The notes under the pieces: model-generated
What the model was told of the DNA's origin: nothing
Seen by the model: the letters and a program-made list of their open reading frames with translations, nothing else
Database searches by the model: none
Position numbers and translations under genes: made by a program
Assembly (NCBI GenBank): GCA_009602725.1
Contig: WELB01000002.1
Coordinates: 1,148,956 to 1,180,834, forward strand
DNA: 31,879 bases
Direction: 5' to 3'
Source: Spirogloea muscicola
Lineage: Eukaryota
In this document: piece after piece, positions 1-13,597 of the stretch
Layout: every line of letters begins with the position of its first letter
Position numbering within the stretch: position 1 is the first letter of the stretch

Positions 1-2642
1 GCTCTCGCCCGGCAGCCGGTACACGCTCTGGGCGTCTGACATTGCATCGAGCACACTTAGTGTCAGCCTCTACAGCTCCCACCCCTTCTACCTGGACCTG
101 CGCCACGGCGGCAGCGCACACGGCGTGCTGCTTCTCAACAGCAACGGCATGGACGTGGAGTATGGGCACGGCAGCTTGACGTACCGCGCTATCGGCGGCA
201 TCCTCGACTTCTACTTCTTCGCAGGGCCATCGCCGCTTGCCGTCGTGGACCAGTACACGGCGCTGGTCGGCCGCCCAGTCATGCCGCCGTACTGGACGCT
301 AGGTGAGCCAAGGCGGAGCCCATCTTGCCTATGACATCGGCTTTGTAGCAGGCTTGCTGATCTTGTAGTTGCGAGCAGCCCCAAAGCACTCCGGATGCCG
401 AAGCTTCATACTGTTGCTGGCGCGCGCAGGCTTCCATCAGAGCCGGTACGGGTACAGGGACTTAGAAGAGTTGGCGGGAGTGGTGGCGCACTACAAGGAC
501 GCCAGAATTCCCCTGGAGGCCATCTGGAGTGACATCGACTCTATGCACGATTGGAAGGACTTCACACTAGACCCCGTCAACTTCCCCGAGGCTGGTATGC
601 GCGAGTTTGTGGACAAGCTCCACCAAGAGGAGCAGCACTTCATTGTCATCATCGATCCAGGTCCGCCTGCTGGCACCTTGCAGGCCTGCGGCAAGACTGT
701 GAGAGTGGTCAGGGCTCTCGCCCAATGTCTGAGGTCTTTCAATGTGCCTCGTCTCGTGCCTCGACATTCTGATCAGGGGTGCTCCCTGCTCCAAGCCAGA
801 ATTATCATTTAGAGGCTCAGCTAGACCAAAACACGGCAGACTATAATTGCTGAGCCAGCAAATTTCTCTTTCTATTTAGTAGACGCTGATGGTATGGAAT
901 GGAATGGGAATGCATAGAAATGCACACATGCAGTGACCATGAAATTAGGATTGGCAGGCATAAAGGTGGAGAAAGGCTATCCGGCATATGAGCGCGGGCT
1001 CGCAGAAGGCGTGTTCATCCTGGACCGGCAGGGCGCGCCGTATCTCGGCCAGGTGTGGCCGGGCCCCGTGCACTACCCGGACTTCCTGCACCCCGCGACC
1101 GAGGGGTATTGGGCGCGAGAGATTGTGGAGTTCCACGGCCGTCTGCCCTTCGACGCGCTCTGGATCGACACCAACGAGCCGTCAAACTTCTGCACCGCCA
1201 TTGCGGCCTCGCTGCCTGAAGACCGCCCCTGCCCAGTGAGCCAAGCCGATGTCCTCACTTGCTGCCTGGTCATCAACGATACCGATCCCTCGCTGTGGGA
1301 CCGGCCTCCGTATGACATCAACGCCGGCGGCGGCAAGCTGCACCTCAATTACCGGACCGTGGCCATGAGCGCGACCCACTACAATGGCGTGTTGGAGTAC
1401 AACGCGCACAACCTCTACGGCCTGGCCGAGGCGAAGGCCACCAGCGCAGCCATGTGGCGTATCCTCGGCCGCCGCCCATTCGTGCTGTCAAGGTCCACGT
1501 TTCCCGGCGCCGGGCGCTTTGCCGGGCACTGGACGGGCGACAATGCAGCGACCTGGGAGGACCTGTACTACTCCATTCCTGCTATCCTGGACATGGGCTT
1601 GTTTGGCATCCCATTTGTTGGTGCTGACATCTGTGGATTCGCGGGGAATACTACGGAGGAGCTCTGCAGCCGGTGGGCACAGCTGGGCGCCTTCTACCCC
1701 TTCAGCCGCAATCACGGGGCGATTGAGTCTTCCCACCAAGAGCTCTACCTGTGGGAAAGCGTTGCCGAGGTCGCCAGAAACGCTCTGGCGCTGCGGTATC
1801 GACTGCTGCCATACTTGTATACGCTCTCCTATGAGGCGCACGTCTCCGGCCACCCGATGGCTAGATCCCTGTGGATGCACCACTCGCAGGACCCGCAGAC
1901 CATTGGCATCGACAAGCAATTTCTCCTGGGGAGTGGACTTCTTGTGACGCCAGTGCTGACCAAAGGCACTGTGACTGTGGAGGGCTACTTCCCAAATGTG
2001 ACCTGGTACAGTCTCGTGGAAAGGTCGCACATCTGCAGCACTGGCGAGCATGTGCAGCTGGAGGCGCCTCTAGACACAATACACGTGCACGTTGCGGCTG
2101 GAAGTATTATCCCTATGCAGCAGAGCGCCATGACTACGGAGGCCTCCCGTCGAACGCCCTTCGAACTCATTGTTGCTTTTCAGATGGACGTAGATGCTGA
2201 TGTTCAGGCAGGTTGCGCTCAGCTTGGCATCTCGTCCCAGGAGGTGATACACAAAGCACACGGCCAGCTTTACTGGGACAAGGGTGTGGAGCGCGACCTG
2301 GACCTTGGCAAGGACAGCTTCACGCTTATCCAGTACAATGCCACCATCAGCATTTCTTGTGACCCCACGTCTTCACACCTCTCACAAATGCGTGGCAGGC
2401 TTGAGGCGAGGGTTGACAATGGAGGCGTCATTGGTGATTACTCCATTGCCTTGGAAGCTGTTGCAATTCTTGGAGTTCCCAAGAGGCCATCTTCAGTATT
2501 TCTAGTTGATGGGCCTAAGGCATCGGAGCTTGAAATACTCCACTATGAGTGGCCGAGGCTGCACATTGCAGGCTTGACCTTGCCAATGGAAGCAGGTTTT
2601 GTGATTGAATGGGAGCACGTTGCTCAATCTAACCTTGTCTGA
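1..2642 (+). CDS. Glycoside hydrolase family 31 alpha-glucosidase/alpha-xylosidase-like, 5' truncated by window; exons <1-302, 430-660, 958-2642
   Basis: Spliced translation contains [77 protein letters not shown] (nucleophile motif), HWTGDN (acid/base), GADICGF and [14 protein letters not shown] introns 303-429 and 661-957 keep the frame. Stop TGA at 2640-2642. Confidence 0.95.
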
Positions 2643-4026
2643 CAAAGTAGCTGGGGACATTCTCCAATACCACGAATACAATTTCAACCTCTGTACATCA
2701 TGTCATACCCACTGATTCTAACATCCTTTCATTTGTTGTTGTGCCCCTATGAAATGCAAGTGTACTGTCTATGAACCTCCCCTGGGCTACTCATCAGATT
2801 TGCAGCTCTCACTATTGCTTGCCAGACAGTGGTTTGAATGAACAACCGACTCCGTTGCTGAGCCCATGGTCATCTCGTACTCCTTTCTGGGTACCAAGGA
2901 GTACCCTGCTCCAGGAATCATCAAATTGTCTGCTGTGTTTGGATGTGGGCATGTGTTAAAGTAGGCACTCTCAATCTAATCGTTTCTCGTGCCTCACTGC
3001 CGCGTGCCACCATCTCATGGTACTGGTTGCTGTTTGAAAGTACGCATACTCAAAGAGGATTGGGGACCGTAATAACTCTTTTTTTCCTCCTGGCAGTTGC
3101 AGGAAGTTTTCCCTATGAGATTCTTATCTTATGCAAGTAATTTTGGTTGAATTGATTGTTGGGTTTTCTTGTTGACCTTGTCGATGAACGCTCATTCTAC
3201 ATTACATCACAAAGAACAATTGTTCAATGGGCGGGCCAAGATGAGCTCAGCCGTGGCTGCTGCATCTTGCGCCTAACATTACCTTACAGTCCTCTCCTGC
3301 GCTGCTTGACCATGGTGTTGGAGATGCACAACTCTCTTTGGTTGATTTGCACGATTTTTTAGTGACCTGATGTTCTGGTCAGACAAGACAACCCAGGTGG
3401 CCTTGTCGTAGGTCCTGCGTTTAGGTAAGAACCTATCGGGCAGCACAAGCCAAGGTCTGTCTTTGAAGGTTGCGCATTCATGGGAATGCACATTCTGGGA
3501 CTGCATGCGCACCCCAAGGATAATCCTGAACGGCCTCTTACCCATGCACAGAAGAGTTTGATGAAGGCAGCACTGCCTGTGCTGGACCTGGAGCAACATT
3601 GGTTTGGGCAGCACACAAGGGTCGGTCTATGCAAGCGTGCATTGACATGTCACCTTTCTGCACACATGCACACGTGGTGTATTGTGCAAGCCGCCTTCAG
3701 CTTGGCTGACATAGAGTCACCCTAATCACAAACCCAAACAGCTGCTTACGGCCCATTTGCTTGTCGTAGACGGCTGTATTTCACAGGTTGTTTGAAGTTG
3801 CAAATGTGATACTTAGTACGTGGGAGGACATTGCCTGACAGAAACTTGAGATCAATGTGATCTTGACTACCGAAGGTACGAGGAAGAAAGAGCAAAGGCG
3901 GTCAACATGCCATCTGCTTCAGTGATCTGTTGGTTTTCTAAGTGAAGGTAAAGGGGGGAGCAGCTCCACCGAACAAGCTTGACTCAAGAGTCACAGCAGG
4001 AGAGAAACAATGAAGTTCGTGGGTGG

Positions 4027-7000
4027 TCAAGTCAAGACAAGCTCGGTAGGTCTTAGAGCTGCCTGAGCCATGTCCCTGATCCTTCGATTTCGGCGACATG
4101 AGTCGCTCAACTCCTCTAAGGTGTCCAGCAATGAGGGCTCCCGTGCGCCGCTGGCTGTTGCTGCTACTGCCATCAGCATCTTTGTTTTCTCCTCTTCACT
4201 AGCAGCGGCAGAAGGAAGGAGGGCTGCTGCTTGATTGAACCACTGCACGGCACTTTGACTGCACAGCCTGGCCAGAGCAGCAACGACATCCACCAACTGC
4301 ATCAACAACACAGCGTCAGTAGCAGTGACGATGTCATTGGGCAGGCGTGTACTTCTGGCAGGCCTGCACTACGTCTGTCCTATGCACTTGAAGGAGAGTA
4401 CTGTGTGATCGAGAACACGACCAGGTTGACTGAATGATTGTATGCATGATCGTATACATTGTATACGATCATGTATTGAGTACATGATGGATTGGAAGCA
4501 CTGAGTCTCCAATCACCTCTACAGTCCGAGACTCTGGTAAGGCCCCTGTGAGGGCGGCCAGAAGGAGACGTGCCAGCGAACCACCGCGGATGGCTAACTC
4601 TGCCTCGGCAAAATCTCTGAACCCACCAGAGCCATCCTTCAGAGGCAACTCTAGGGCATCACGGAGGAAGTTCAAGAGGGATCGGCACGCTTCCCTGCGC
4701 AATAGCAACACAGGGTACTGCTGGTGAGCATAGTTGAGAAGCAGAGGATGCAAAATACGCACGTATCTCAGTATTGCAACCCTTGCCGAGTCAGAAGCGA
4801 AGAGAATTGATCAGAAGTAACAGGAAGCAAGTACGCGCTGTTATGTAGAAATAGGTGAGATGAACGTGGGAAGACTTCTCTAGCTGCAATTTTTGTTGTG
4901 GATGATGTACCCTCCTCGAAGGAGCTCCGCAGAAACCCTGGCCACCCTTGCAATTTATCTACAACATAAGTCATTTCCAGCTAGCATGACAGGCTCCGCT
5001 TCATACCTGTGCTGGAGAGTAATGCCTCTCATTGAGCAGTCAAGAAGCTGCCCAAAATAGGAGGTGTTGTACACCAAGTGGGGACAATATCGTATACATC
5101 GGGAAGCCAATAGGAAGCAATCATCCACTAAGTCTGGATGCTGTGTGAAGTCCTGTCGCCAAGTACATCTGAAATAGTAAGCGTGCAAGCGGCACAAGTA
5201 GAAGAAATAGAGAAGCTGCAGGTAAATATGCACACACAAACAAGCAGCCCGGAAGCCTTGGGCTGGCCCAGCTTACTTCGGTCGTTTTGAGTATGCGTGT
5301 ACACTCCCCAAAGAGGGAGGCCAGGAGAAACGAGAGGGGGCTGGAGCAAGAACCGTCACTGCCAAAGACCTGAGTGCAAAGCAAGAAGGCTGAGTTGGTA
5401 ATACTGAGCGACACTTTCAATGAGACATCTATGACATGCTTAGTGGCACTGCAGAGCCAATCCACGGCTGGGCACCAGGGTGCTGAGTCTCCAACAACCT
5501 ACTGACAGGGCACTTTGTTTGTCACAGTCTGCAAGTAAGGCATACCTTGACTGCCTCACTAGCCACGTATAGCAGGCAGGGCTGATGAGGAGGCTGCCGA
5601 AAGTTTCTCTCTATCTCCTCCATTATGGTACCCAGAAATGGCCCTATTGTCCGACCAGCATTTCGTATCTGGCAGCAATTACAGCAACGAAAGCGATCAA
5701 GGAAGTCATTGCATCTTCAAGAAGACCTGACAACGGCTTTACTTTGCCTGCACTTCTTCCAACGTACCTTTACTAAGTACCTTATACGGATGGATTAGAC
5801 GCAAATAACTGCAGGGCAGGGTGGGCATTTGTTATGATGCAAAATGCATTGAAGACCTTGCAGCAACCTCTTGAATTTGAAATGGCTTTGGACTAGTTCT
5901 GAGGGCTTACTGCATATTTACAAGCTCGGCAGAGTCTCTCCATGACACGGTCGTCAGAGCCTTTCCTGAATAAGTATGCTCCTTCCAGTCAGGGCAAGCA
6001 CTGCACGTTATCTTCTACAGACTTGTCATTCTGCACAATTTTGCATTCTTGCTTGGCAACATATTAACAGGTACTGTATCTCAATGCACTCCTAAGGTAC
6101 TACCCATTTGCAGTATAAGTATCTCACAACGCAAAAACAGGTTGAAGAAGTGGCCACATTTGTTGGAAAGCTTCCACCACCAAAGAGGGTTGCGTCACGT
6201 ATCTGATCAGCCAAGATGGACGACCATGAACATGTTAACTTCAGTGCAGCACACTGCACGCATACTCGATACCTTCTGCTACAAGATCAATCTCATGGCT
6301 ATCCTTTAATTGCATGAAGGCAATGCTTAACAGAGGCAATACCTGAAGATGTTAGCTATACGGTCTATTGAGACGGAGAACTGTCCGCTGATAGAGCTGC
6401 TCTGCTCAACAGGCATTGCTTGCTGTTGAGCAGCAAGTACTGCTTGCTGCAAAGAGGAGCCAATGCAAGCTGTCAATCTCTGTCTTCAACTTTTTCCCCA
6501 CATAACACAGCAAGAATGACATTGGATCTGTAGGTGGCCAGCCAACAAGTATGCGCTTGCAATGACCTGAAAAGACAAAATGTCCAAAAGCAGATATAGA
6601 TCCTATAAGGCTAGCGATGATGTATTACTTGCGTCGCACATCTATTTAGAAGCTTCTATGAGTACTTCCAAAAAGGAAGATTGTTGGGCTACACAGCACA
6701 ATAGTGAGCCCATGTATGTGCAAAGGAGAGGGACCACACAACCTGCAAGGCACTAGAAATTGGGAAGCAGATGGCATGCAAAGCTCCAGAAGCCCGATCA
6801 GCTGGAAGAGCACTGACCACCATACTGCTCTACAATGCATTCCACATGACAGAAGAGTAGTGAAGTGCTACATTCAGAAGTCATGGAGCAAGGCTAATCT
6901 CTGAAGTGACGCACGTAGCAATTACAACGGCTCCACTTCAGGATACTGGGCACATGGATGGCAGAATTGGAATAAAGACCGAAGCATAAAGACCGAAGCA

Positions 7001-10000
7001 TGACAGATCTTCTTGCCAGAGGCTGCCGTTGGAAAGTGATGGCAGAAGTGCAAGATTTCTGTCCCGTCCAGGTCTATAAGCTAATTAGAAGTGCTGTGGA
7101 TCCTGCCTGCAGCAGCCCACCTGATTCCTTCGACAATCTGAAGCTCATCAGCTGCAGCCAAATGAACAGCTTGATTTGTTGCTGTGTGTGTTGACACCAT
7201 GGGATTTGCAGCTAACACCTGATGGTATATTTGTATAAGTGGATCAATTGACACCACCAACTGCTGTCGACAAGCTGCAGGATGACAGGCAGCATCTAGT
7301 CAGCATCACCACACCACGGTTCTGACGCCCGTGAGCTGCCTGCTTCGCACCTACAGATGTGGCATTCCTGCTACAGTAGGTCCAATGAATTGCACATGAG
7401 AGGGGCAGGAGCATGGCTGTCTGATTGACAGCTTGCATGATCTTGAAATGATGGTTCCAGTAACGACCAACTGCCCACAAGCGTTGGCAAGGCAGTGGTT
7501 TGTACAAGGTATACATGCCACTCTTTGAGGGAGGAACATTACCATCACAGACATGCTTGAGAGCCAATGCAGCTGCTGGAGGTGCATCGTCTGGAGCTGA
7601 AAGACTCTCAGTCAAGAGAGCAAGAACACTTGGCAGCAGGTTACTGTGACTAGGTTGTTGTGCTGCTCCAGCCAGCCAGTCAGAGTAGGCGGCAATCATG
7701 AGTGAAACTGGTAAGAAGATAGTGAACATAGTGAAACACAATCAGCCAAAAGAAGATTGGCGGCAAGTCAAAGCATAGGCCATGCTCAGCAGCTTCAGCT
7801 GAAGCCTGCCATTTGATCACAGACAGCCTGTATGTTACTCGGAACAACAACTAGATGGTTGTCCGACCAATTAAGACATAGGAATCGTAGGAGATCACTT
7901 GATCTGCGATGCGATGCCTGCTGACCTGTGTACAGCAGCTGGGGCTGTCGGGGCAGCTGAGGGAGCAATTCCATGACCTGCTCACAAAATGATGACAAGC
8001 TTCTGTACGGGGCAGACGGAGCAACCACCACAAGGTGTTTTGGCAGGACAGCATGGCCGGGACCTCAAGTCCCACAATGGTACATGCTTAAACTTCTGAC
8101 CTCACAAGTACAGGCTGCAGCAGCTTAGACGTTACAGAATGAATGTACAACCTGGATCCTGGCTATGTGTATTACCGCTGGTAATTATGGTGGACCTTAA
8201 GCGCAGAGTGCCAACCTGTGGTAGGACAGATCTTTCAGCTCGTGGTACGACATTTGCAATTGCTCGTATACAATAGATGGGGGCTTCTGCACTTGGCCAC
8301 TCCAAGGCTCCAGCACTGGTCCCCTGAGTCAGCTGCTCAACAGAAGACGTTCTTTGTATAATCACGTCTTCTGATTTTTACAAGCAAATATTGTGGGACT
8401 TAAGCCTGAAGCCCAAGCCATGAAATCCTCTTATATTCATTGACTAAATGGTACAGCTTGTCTGCCCTTCTTGCATAATCAAACCTGCTAGAGACGAAAG
8501 GAAGTATACCTCCACCAAAGGACGTGCCAAAAGCTGCAGGGAATGTTCCCCTCCCAAGACAGCAGCAGCATCCACAAGTATATCTGCAACGCCTGCACAC
8601 AAGCCCCAACTTCTGATCGATTAGTCTGACGAGACATTTGCCAGTTAAAGTACTGTGAAATATGCACATGAAGACAGAAATTTGTGCAGCAATTCCGCAG
8701 CAGTCTCAAGCAATGTACCACAACGTGTGTGCTTGAAATCAGCCTTCTCATCCCTTCTCCACTCGTCATACCCTTTAGGGTACTGCACCCTAAAGCTGAC
8801 CTGCAGTGTCAAGTTGCCTGATTCAGGTCAGCCTGGGAGCTCTGGTAAGCTTGCAGGCTTCACTAGAGACCCAAAGTATGGAACTTCCAATACAAAGAGT
8901 ATACTGTGCTGGTAAGCATATGTCAATCACCAGCTGGACAAGGACCTCAAAAAGAGGCCTAAACAGCGCAAGTCGCCTGTTTCGCTCAGCTGTAGCAGCC
9001 ACTGCCTCATCGGCATGATCATCATGCCTGCAGAAGGTGGATGACGGAGTACTCAGCAGGTGTTCTCTGTTGGGGCTGGTCTCTGTGTGTGTGACATTAA
9101 TGTAATCAGAGATGCACTGCAGAGGCAAACCTTTTTGAAAGACATCGGCTGAGATGATGCCAAAAGTTGAATGTAGTAGCTGCAATGCTGTCATCTGGGT
9201 GAGAGGTCACTTCAATCAGGACCTCAGCCACAAGCAAAGCCTCGCTAGATCCACTTGCTATGAGATCGACATAGGCCTCTCCCATCTCCGCAAAAAGGCG
9301 AGCCATGCCTTTTACGGTGTCATCATCCTGGCAAGACAATGACTAAACTTCAGCATTGTTCCTTGAGCAAATCAGTGAGATATATTGGGGGGCGCACAAT
9401 TTCATATGGCGCTTACTGCTATGATCAGCTCAGCGCCTTGACCAACCAACTCTTCTGCATGTATAGTGCACTGTCAAATTTTACCTCGTCCCCTCCACCA
9501 TCGAGGCTAGTGTCCCCTACACCACTTCTCCCTTGCTTCTCCTCTTGGGCAGCCTGTGGCAATCAGGAACTTGCTTAGACTGATAAAGGCATCATTCCAC
9601 AAGGCGCCAGATCAAGTGACCTTCAAAGAACACCCAGCAGTATACCTGCTGACGCATGAGGTGCCCGTGAGTTCAGGATCATAACAGCTTCATAAGAGAG
9701 TGTGAAATGTTCGACAGCTTCAACAAGTCGAGAGCAGAAGTTAGTAGCTTACCTTCAGTGCTTTGTTGAATCGAGGTCGCAGAGCCATCACACGAGGTAC
9801 AAGTATTTGAATGAGTGGCATGTTTGCCGCAATGTCTGCGCTGCTACTCCCTACTGAGAATCTGATGAGTTCGCAAACAGCTGCCACATCAACAACTGCA
9901 ATAGTGAGTCACAGAGCTCCCAGAGCTGTAAAAGCAAGGGTTCATGAGTGTGGCTGCTGGTCTGAGCAACACATTGGGCAGCTTAGAGGCTCGCAGAACT

Positions 10001-12278
10001 TTTGGGTTGCGTGCAATGGTAGAAGCCCTCGGCAGGTACTGACCTTCAACAGCCGCATCAAAAGTTTCTGGTCTTGCAAGTCCATCTAGAGCAGAAATAG
10101 TCAGGGGATGAGATGCTAGCACTGATGCAGAGACGTTCCTGCAGATAAAACATGTAGTATTTGCCTTCTTAACATCCTGAGCACTTTTCTCAGTCTTCAT
10201 CTGATTATATGCAGTGACATTTTAATGCTACCATGCATGCAGAACAATGCAATGGTGCCGTTGCGTGTGTGTCCACAAAACAACACACAGCATGCAGAAC
10301 AAATGTGCAGACTTTGGGCAGGCATACCCATTACTGATGCGTAACCAAGCTGCAAAAGCCAAAAGCACCTACAAGCAATAGAGATTGAGTCAACGTCTCT
10401 CCATGAAGTGAGAGGTTGTGATGCCATTGCAACTGCTGCAGTTCTCATTGCCATGTTGAGCCTGGAGAGCACCAGGCACTCAACCTCCAAGACAGGTGCA
10501 CACCTGCTCCTTTGCGCCACCACTGCCTTTTAAGAGAGAAGCTGCCAAAAGATTGAGAGCTTCAGGTACAGCAGCAACAAGCTCTGAGATAAACTGTCGC
10601 CTCCTTTCTGGTCTGATTGCTATCTTGTAGCTGCTTGCTTCCTGCAAGAATCAGCCTGTACTTGTCAAGTGCCTGAATCAGCGCACATCCTAAGAATTCC
10701 ACGCCTTGATCATTAGGCAAGTAACCATCATTTGTCAATCCTGTGACGCGCTGTCTGCCAGATCTTGTGCATGGGGTTGTCAAAAGATGATCTCCTACTC
10801 AGAAAAGCGCCACTGCTAAGGGCCCATCAGGGGGATGTTAGCATACCTGGGGCAAGACAGTCAGTATTTCCAGAAGGCCAGCGTATGCCTCAAGGTTTGA
10901 GCTGAGTTGATCCCCTAACCACGTCACAATACCTCCAGATGGACCCCACTTATCTTGGGGCAAGTGTGCCGCAACAGCTGCTATTGCTAGGCACAACTGC
11001 ATGAGCAGCAATACAGCAAATTAATGACGTAATGGGCAGGAATTTTCAGGAACTCGCTGCTTCCAATGGAAGAAAACCTTCAGAGGATTGCTGCTTCTCT
11101 TACAGTGGAAGAGAACTGCTTATCTGGATATTCAATATAACGAAGAGATCTGCTCATCTAAGAAAAATGCTGTTGGCAAACCAATCATCTCAGCAAGAGT
11201 GTATTCCTTGAGGAACATACCTGTGTCCTTACAGCAGCAGGGCCTCCCAAGTATAAGAACTTGAAGAGCAGGGCCTGGAGAGACAATTTCTAGCACTTAT
11301 TGAGAACCCTGTGATCTGTCATTGACGTTGCCTAGTCAAATACATGCTAAATCCTCAAGCAGTGCTATGACAATTGGCTGGTCAACAGCCGCAAGATCCC
11401 ATACTCATTGTTGCGAAAGTCCGGGCAGCTAAACCAGGTACATTATCGTCATGTCTCAAATAGACTCACCAAGAGTGAATCACGCAAAGAGACAGGAGCT
11501 CCTGGTGGCAGCTCCTCAAAGTCCCGCTGAATCTGCAGGTGCACAGCCGTTATCACTGAATCATCTCTATGAACGTTCTGACTCAACGAGCTGACACATT
11601 GCTTCAAGGCCTGCCTGGACTGGCCTGCAGCAGATTGTTCATACTTGCATGCTGACTGCTATGACGGCATTCTTTTCTATAAAACCCAGGGGACAAGCTG
11701 GGCTTACGGAAGTTGGCCAAACAGCCCTCAAACGCAAGCCCTTGTACAGCACGTAAGCAGGGTGACGGACATACCTTCGTCCTCAGTGTCTGAGCACAAA
11801 AGTACTGCACCTCCAGCGAGCTGGTCGGTGAATGCAACAAGCTGTCAGAGACCTGCACCGACGTCAAACCCGTGCCCGGGAGTCACAATGGAAGCAAAGG
11901 GAAGCTTGCAAGTGGCTGCGGACCGTATCAAGTGTCAGCGGAAGCGCACAAGAGCTCGCCGAACGGGGACTGTGGAGGCCAGCTGGACTGCTGCCTCCAA
12001 GCAGAGGGTCCAGTGGTGGAGCTGGCCGAGGCCACAAGCTGCTCAAGTGACAGCGAGAGCCAGCACTGGGCTTCTGCGCGGCGTCGCGCTCTCACCTGCC
12101 ACGCCTCCACAGTCTGCTGGAAGTCCTCCAGCCAGCGGTTGGCGGCGGACCGCACCTCCGGGTCAGGGTGGTGGTACAGCGCCTGCAGCGCCTGCAAGAG
12201 CGTGGCCGCCGTGCCGCCGCCGCCTACGCCGCCGCCGCTGCCGCCGTCGTCGGCGGCGCCGGTGGCGGCCTGCGCCAT
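4027..12278 (-). CDS. MOS14: Transportin-SR / transportin-3 (importin-beta family, MOS14-like), multi-exon
   Basis: Exon 1 (12278-12096) MAQ...LQALQALYHHPDPEVRSAANRWLEDFQQTVEAWQ; exon 2 (11852-11775) VSDSLLH..QYFCAQTLRTK; exon 3 (11532-11470) IQRDFEELP. Later exons include KGMARLFAEMGEAYVDLIASG, VTSHPDDSIAATTFNFW, HQPCLLYVASEAVK and DFTQHPDLVDDCFLLASRCIRYCP. Last exon ends ELSDSCRRNRRIRDMAQAALRP, TGA at 4027-4029. I traced the exon phases manually and found no frameshift. Confidence 0.92.
4445..4473. repeat. Perfect 14-bp inverted repeat with 1-nt spacer in the last MOS14 intron
   Basis: CATGATCGTATACA-T-TGTATACGATCATG. Confidence 0.9.
6972..7001. repeat. 14-bp tandem duplication in a MOS14 intron
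   Basis: ATAAAGACCGAAGC x2 plus AT. Confidence 0.85.
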
Positions 12279-12818
12279 GGCGGCGGAGCTCACAGGCGCA
12301 GCCAGCTGCAGCCGCCTTGCAGGCGGGGGCGGCGCGGGGGGGGTCCTGCCACCCTTCTCGTCAGACACCAACGGCAGGAGCCCCACTACTGCCGTCGGGC
12401 CCCGTCGTCGCGACGCTCTCCGGCACCGTAGAGACGAAGCGGGAGTCTCGTTGTATTCCGTCGTCAGGATGCGCCCCGACGCCGCAGACGAGACGGGAGC
12501 GCCAACAGCTCCAGTGCCCTTCTGGCTGTTTCCTTTCTCTAGCGCCAGGAACTCCGCCGCCGCAGCCGCCGCCGCCGCCGCCGCCGACGCCGGCGCCGCC
12601 TCGCGGCGGGGCGTCGACTCAGAGACGGCGGCAGGACCTTCGGCCGTGCGCTCGTTAGGTCATCGATGAAAGCCTAGGCGCGGACCTCAAGCACTTGGCG
12701 CATGGACATCGTGCGCCGGGGCTCTCCCTGCGGGCCTCGCCGCGCCGCCTGCCGCGGCCTCAGCTCCGGCAGCTGAATCCGCTGCACACCTCAAGGCGCT
12801 CGGCAGCCGGCCCGTGAG
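12279..12818. promoter_or_regulatory. Putative bidirectional promoter / 5' UTR region between divergent MOS14 (-) and PLAA (+)
   Basis: The MOS14 ATG (12278) and the first PLAA exon-1 ATG (12819) are about 540 bp apart, head-to-head. The region is very GC/CpG-rich with GCC runs. No specific element was identified. Confidence 0.6.
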
Positions 12819-13597
12819 ATGGCGGCTGCGGAGTCGAAGCCGGGTCCTGGCGCGGCCGCTGGCGAGGACTACCAGCTGCGGTGCGAGCTGCGGGGCCACG
12901 CAGACGACGTGAGCGGCCCTCCCTGCTGCAGCCGCCGCACGCCCCGAGCTCGGCAGCTCGGGCATCTCGTGCAGCTCTGCCTCGGAAGCTCGTCGTACTG
13001 CCGGGAATCAGCGCCAGTCGCCGATCAGGTCCTGAGCCGCCGCTGCTGGCCACCCGTCGGTTGCGTTCCCGTAGGTGCGTGCTGTNCCGCCGCCGCCGCC
13101 GCCGGCGCCGCCTCGCGGCGGGGCGGCGACACAGAGACGGCCGCAAGGCCTTCGGCCGTGCGCTCGTTAGGTCATCGATGAAGCCCCAGGCGCGGACCTC
13201 AAGCGGTTGACGCATGGACATCGTGCGCCGGCGCTCTCCCTGCAGGCCGCGCCGCGCCGCCTGCCGCGGCCTCAGTCTTGGCAGCTGAATCCGCTGCACA
13301 CCTCAAGGCGCTCGGCAGCCGGCCCGTGAGATGGCGGCTGCGGAGTCGGAGCCGGGTCCTGGCGCGGCCGCTGGCGAGGACTACCAGCTGCGGTGCGAGC
13401 TGCGGGGCCACGCAGACGACGTGAGCGGCCCTCCCTGCTGCAGCCGCCGCACGCCCCGAGCTCGGCAGCTCGGGCATCTCGTGCAGCACTGCCTTGGAAG
13501 CCAATCGTGCTGCCGGGAATTAGCGCCAGTCGCTGATCAGGTCCTGAGCTGCCGCTGCTGGCCACTCGTCGGTTGCGTTCCCGTAGGTGCGGGCTGT
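12575..13597 (+). repeat. Direct duplication (offset 512 bp) of the PLAA 5' region/exon 1/intron 1, separated by a single N at 13086
   Basis: Copy A is about 12575-13085 and copy B is 13087-13597. About 30 substitutions by manual count, no indels noted. Both encode MAAAES(K/E)PGPGAAAGEDYQLRCELRGHADD. Confidence 0.9.

Noticed and set aside
2643..4026. Short ORFs between the convergent GH31 and MOS14 3' ends
   Set aside because: No recognisable protein motifs or consistent exon structure; most likely UTR or intergenic.
11645..13299. Long ORFs of 337, 265 and 179 aa
   Set aside because: Low-complexity A/R/P/G translations typical of stop-poor GC-rich DNA. They overlap MOS14 exon 1 and the promoter region.
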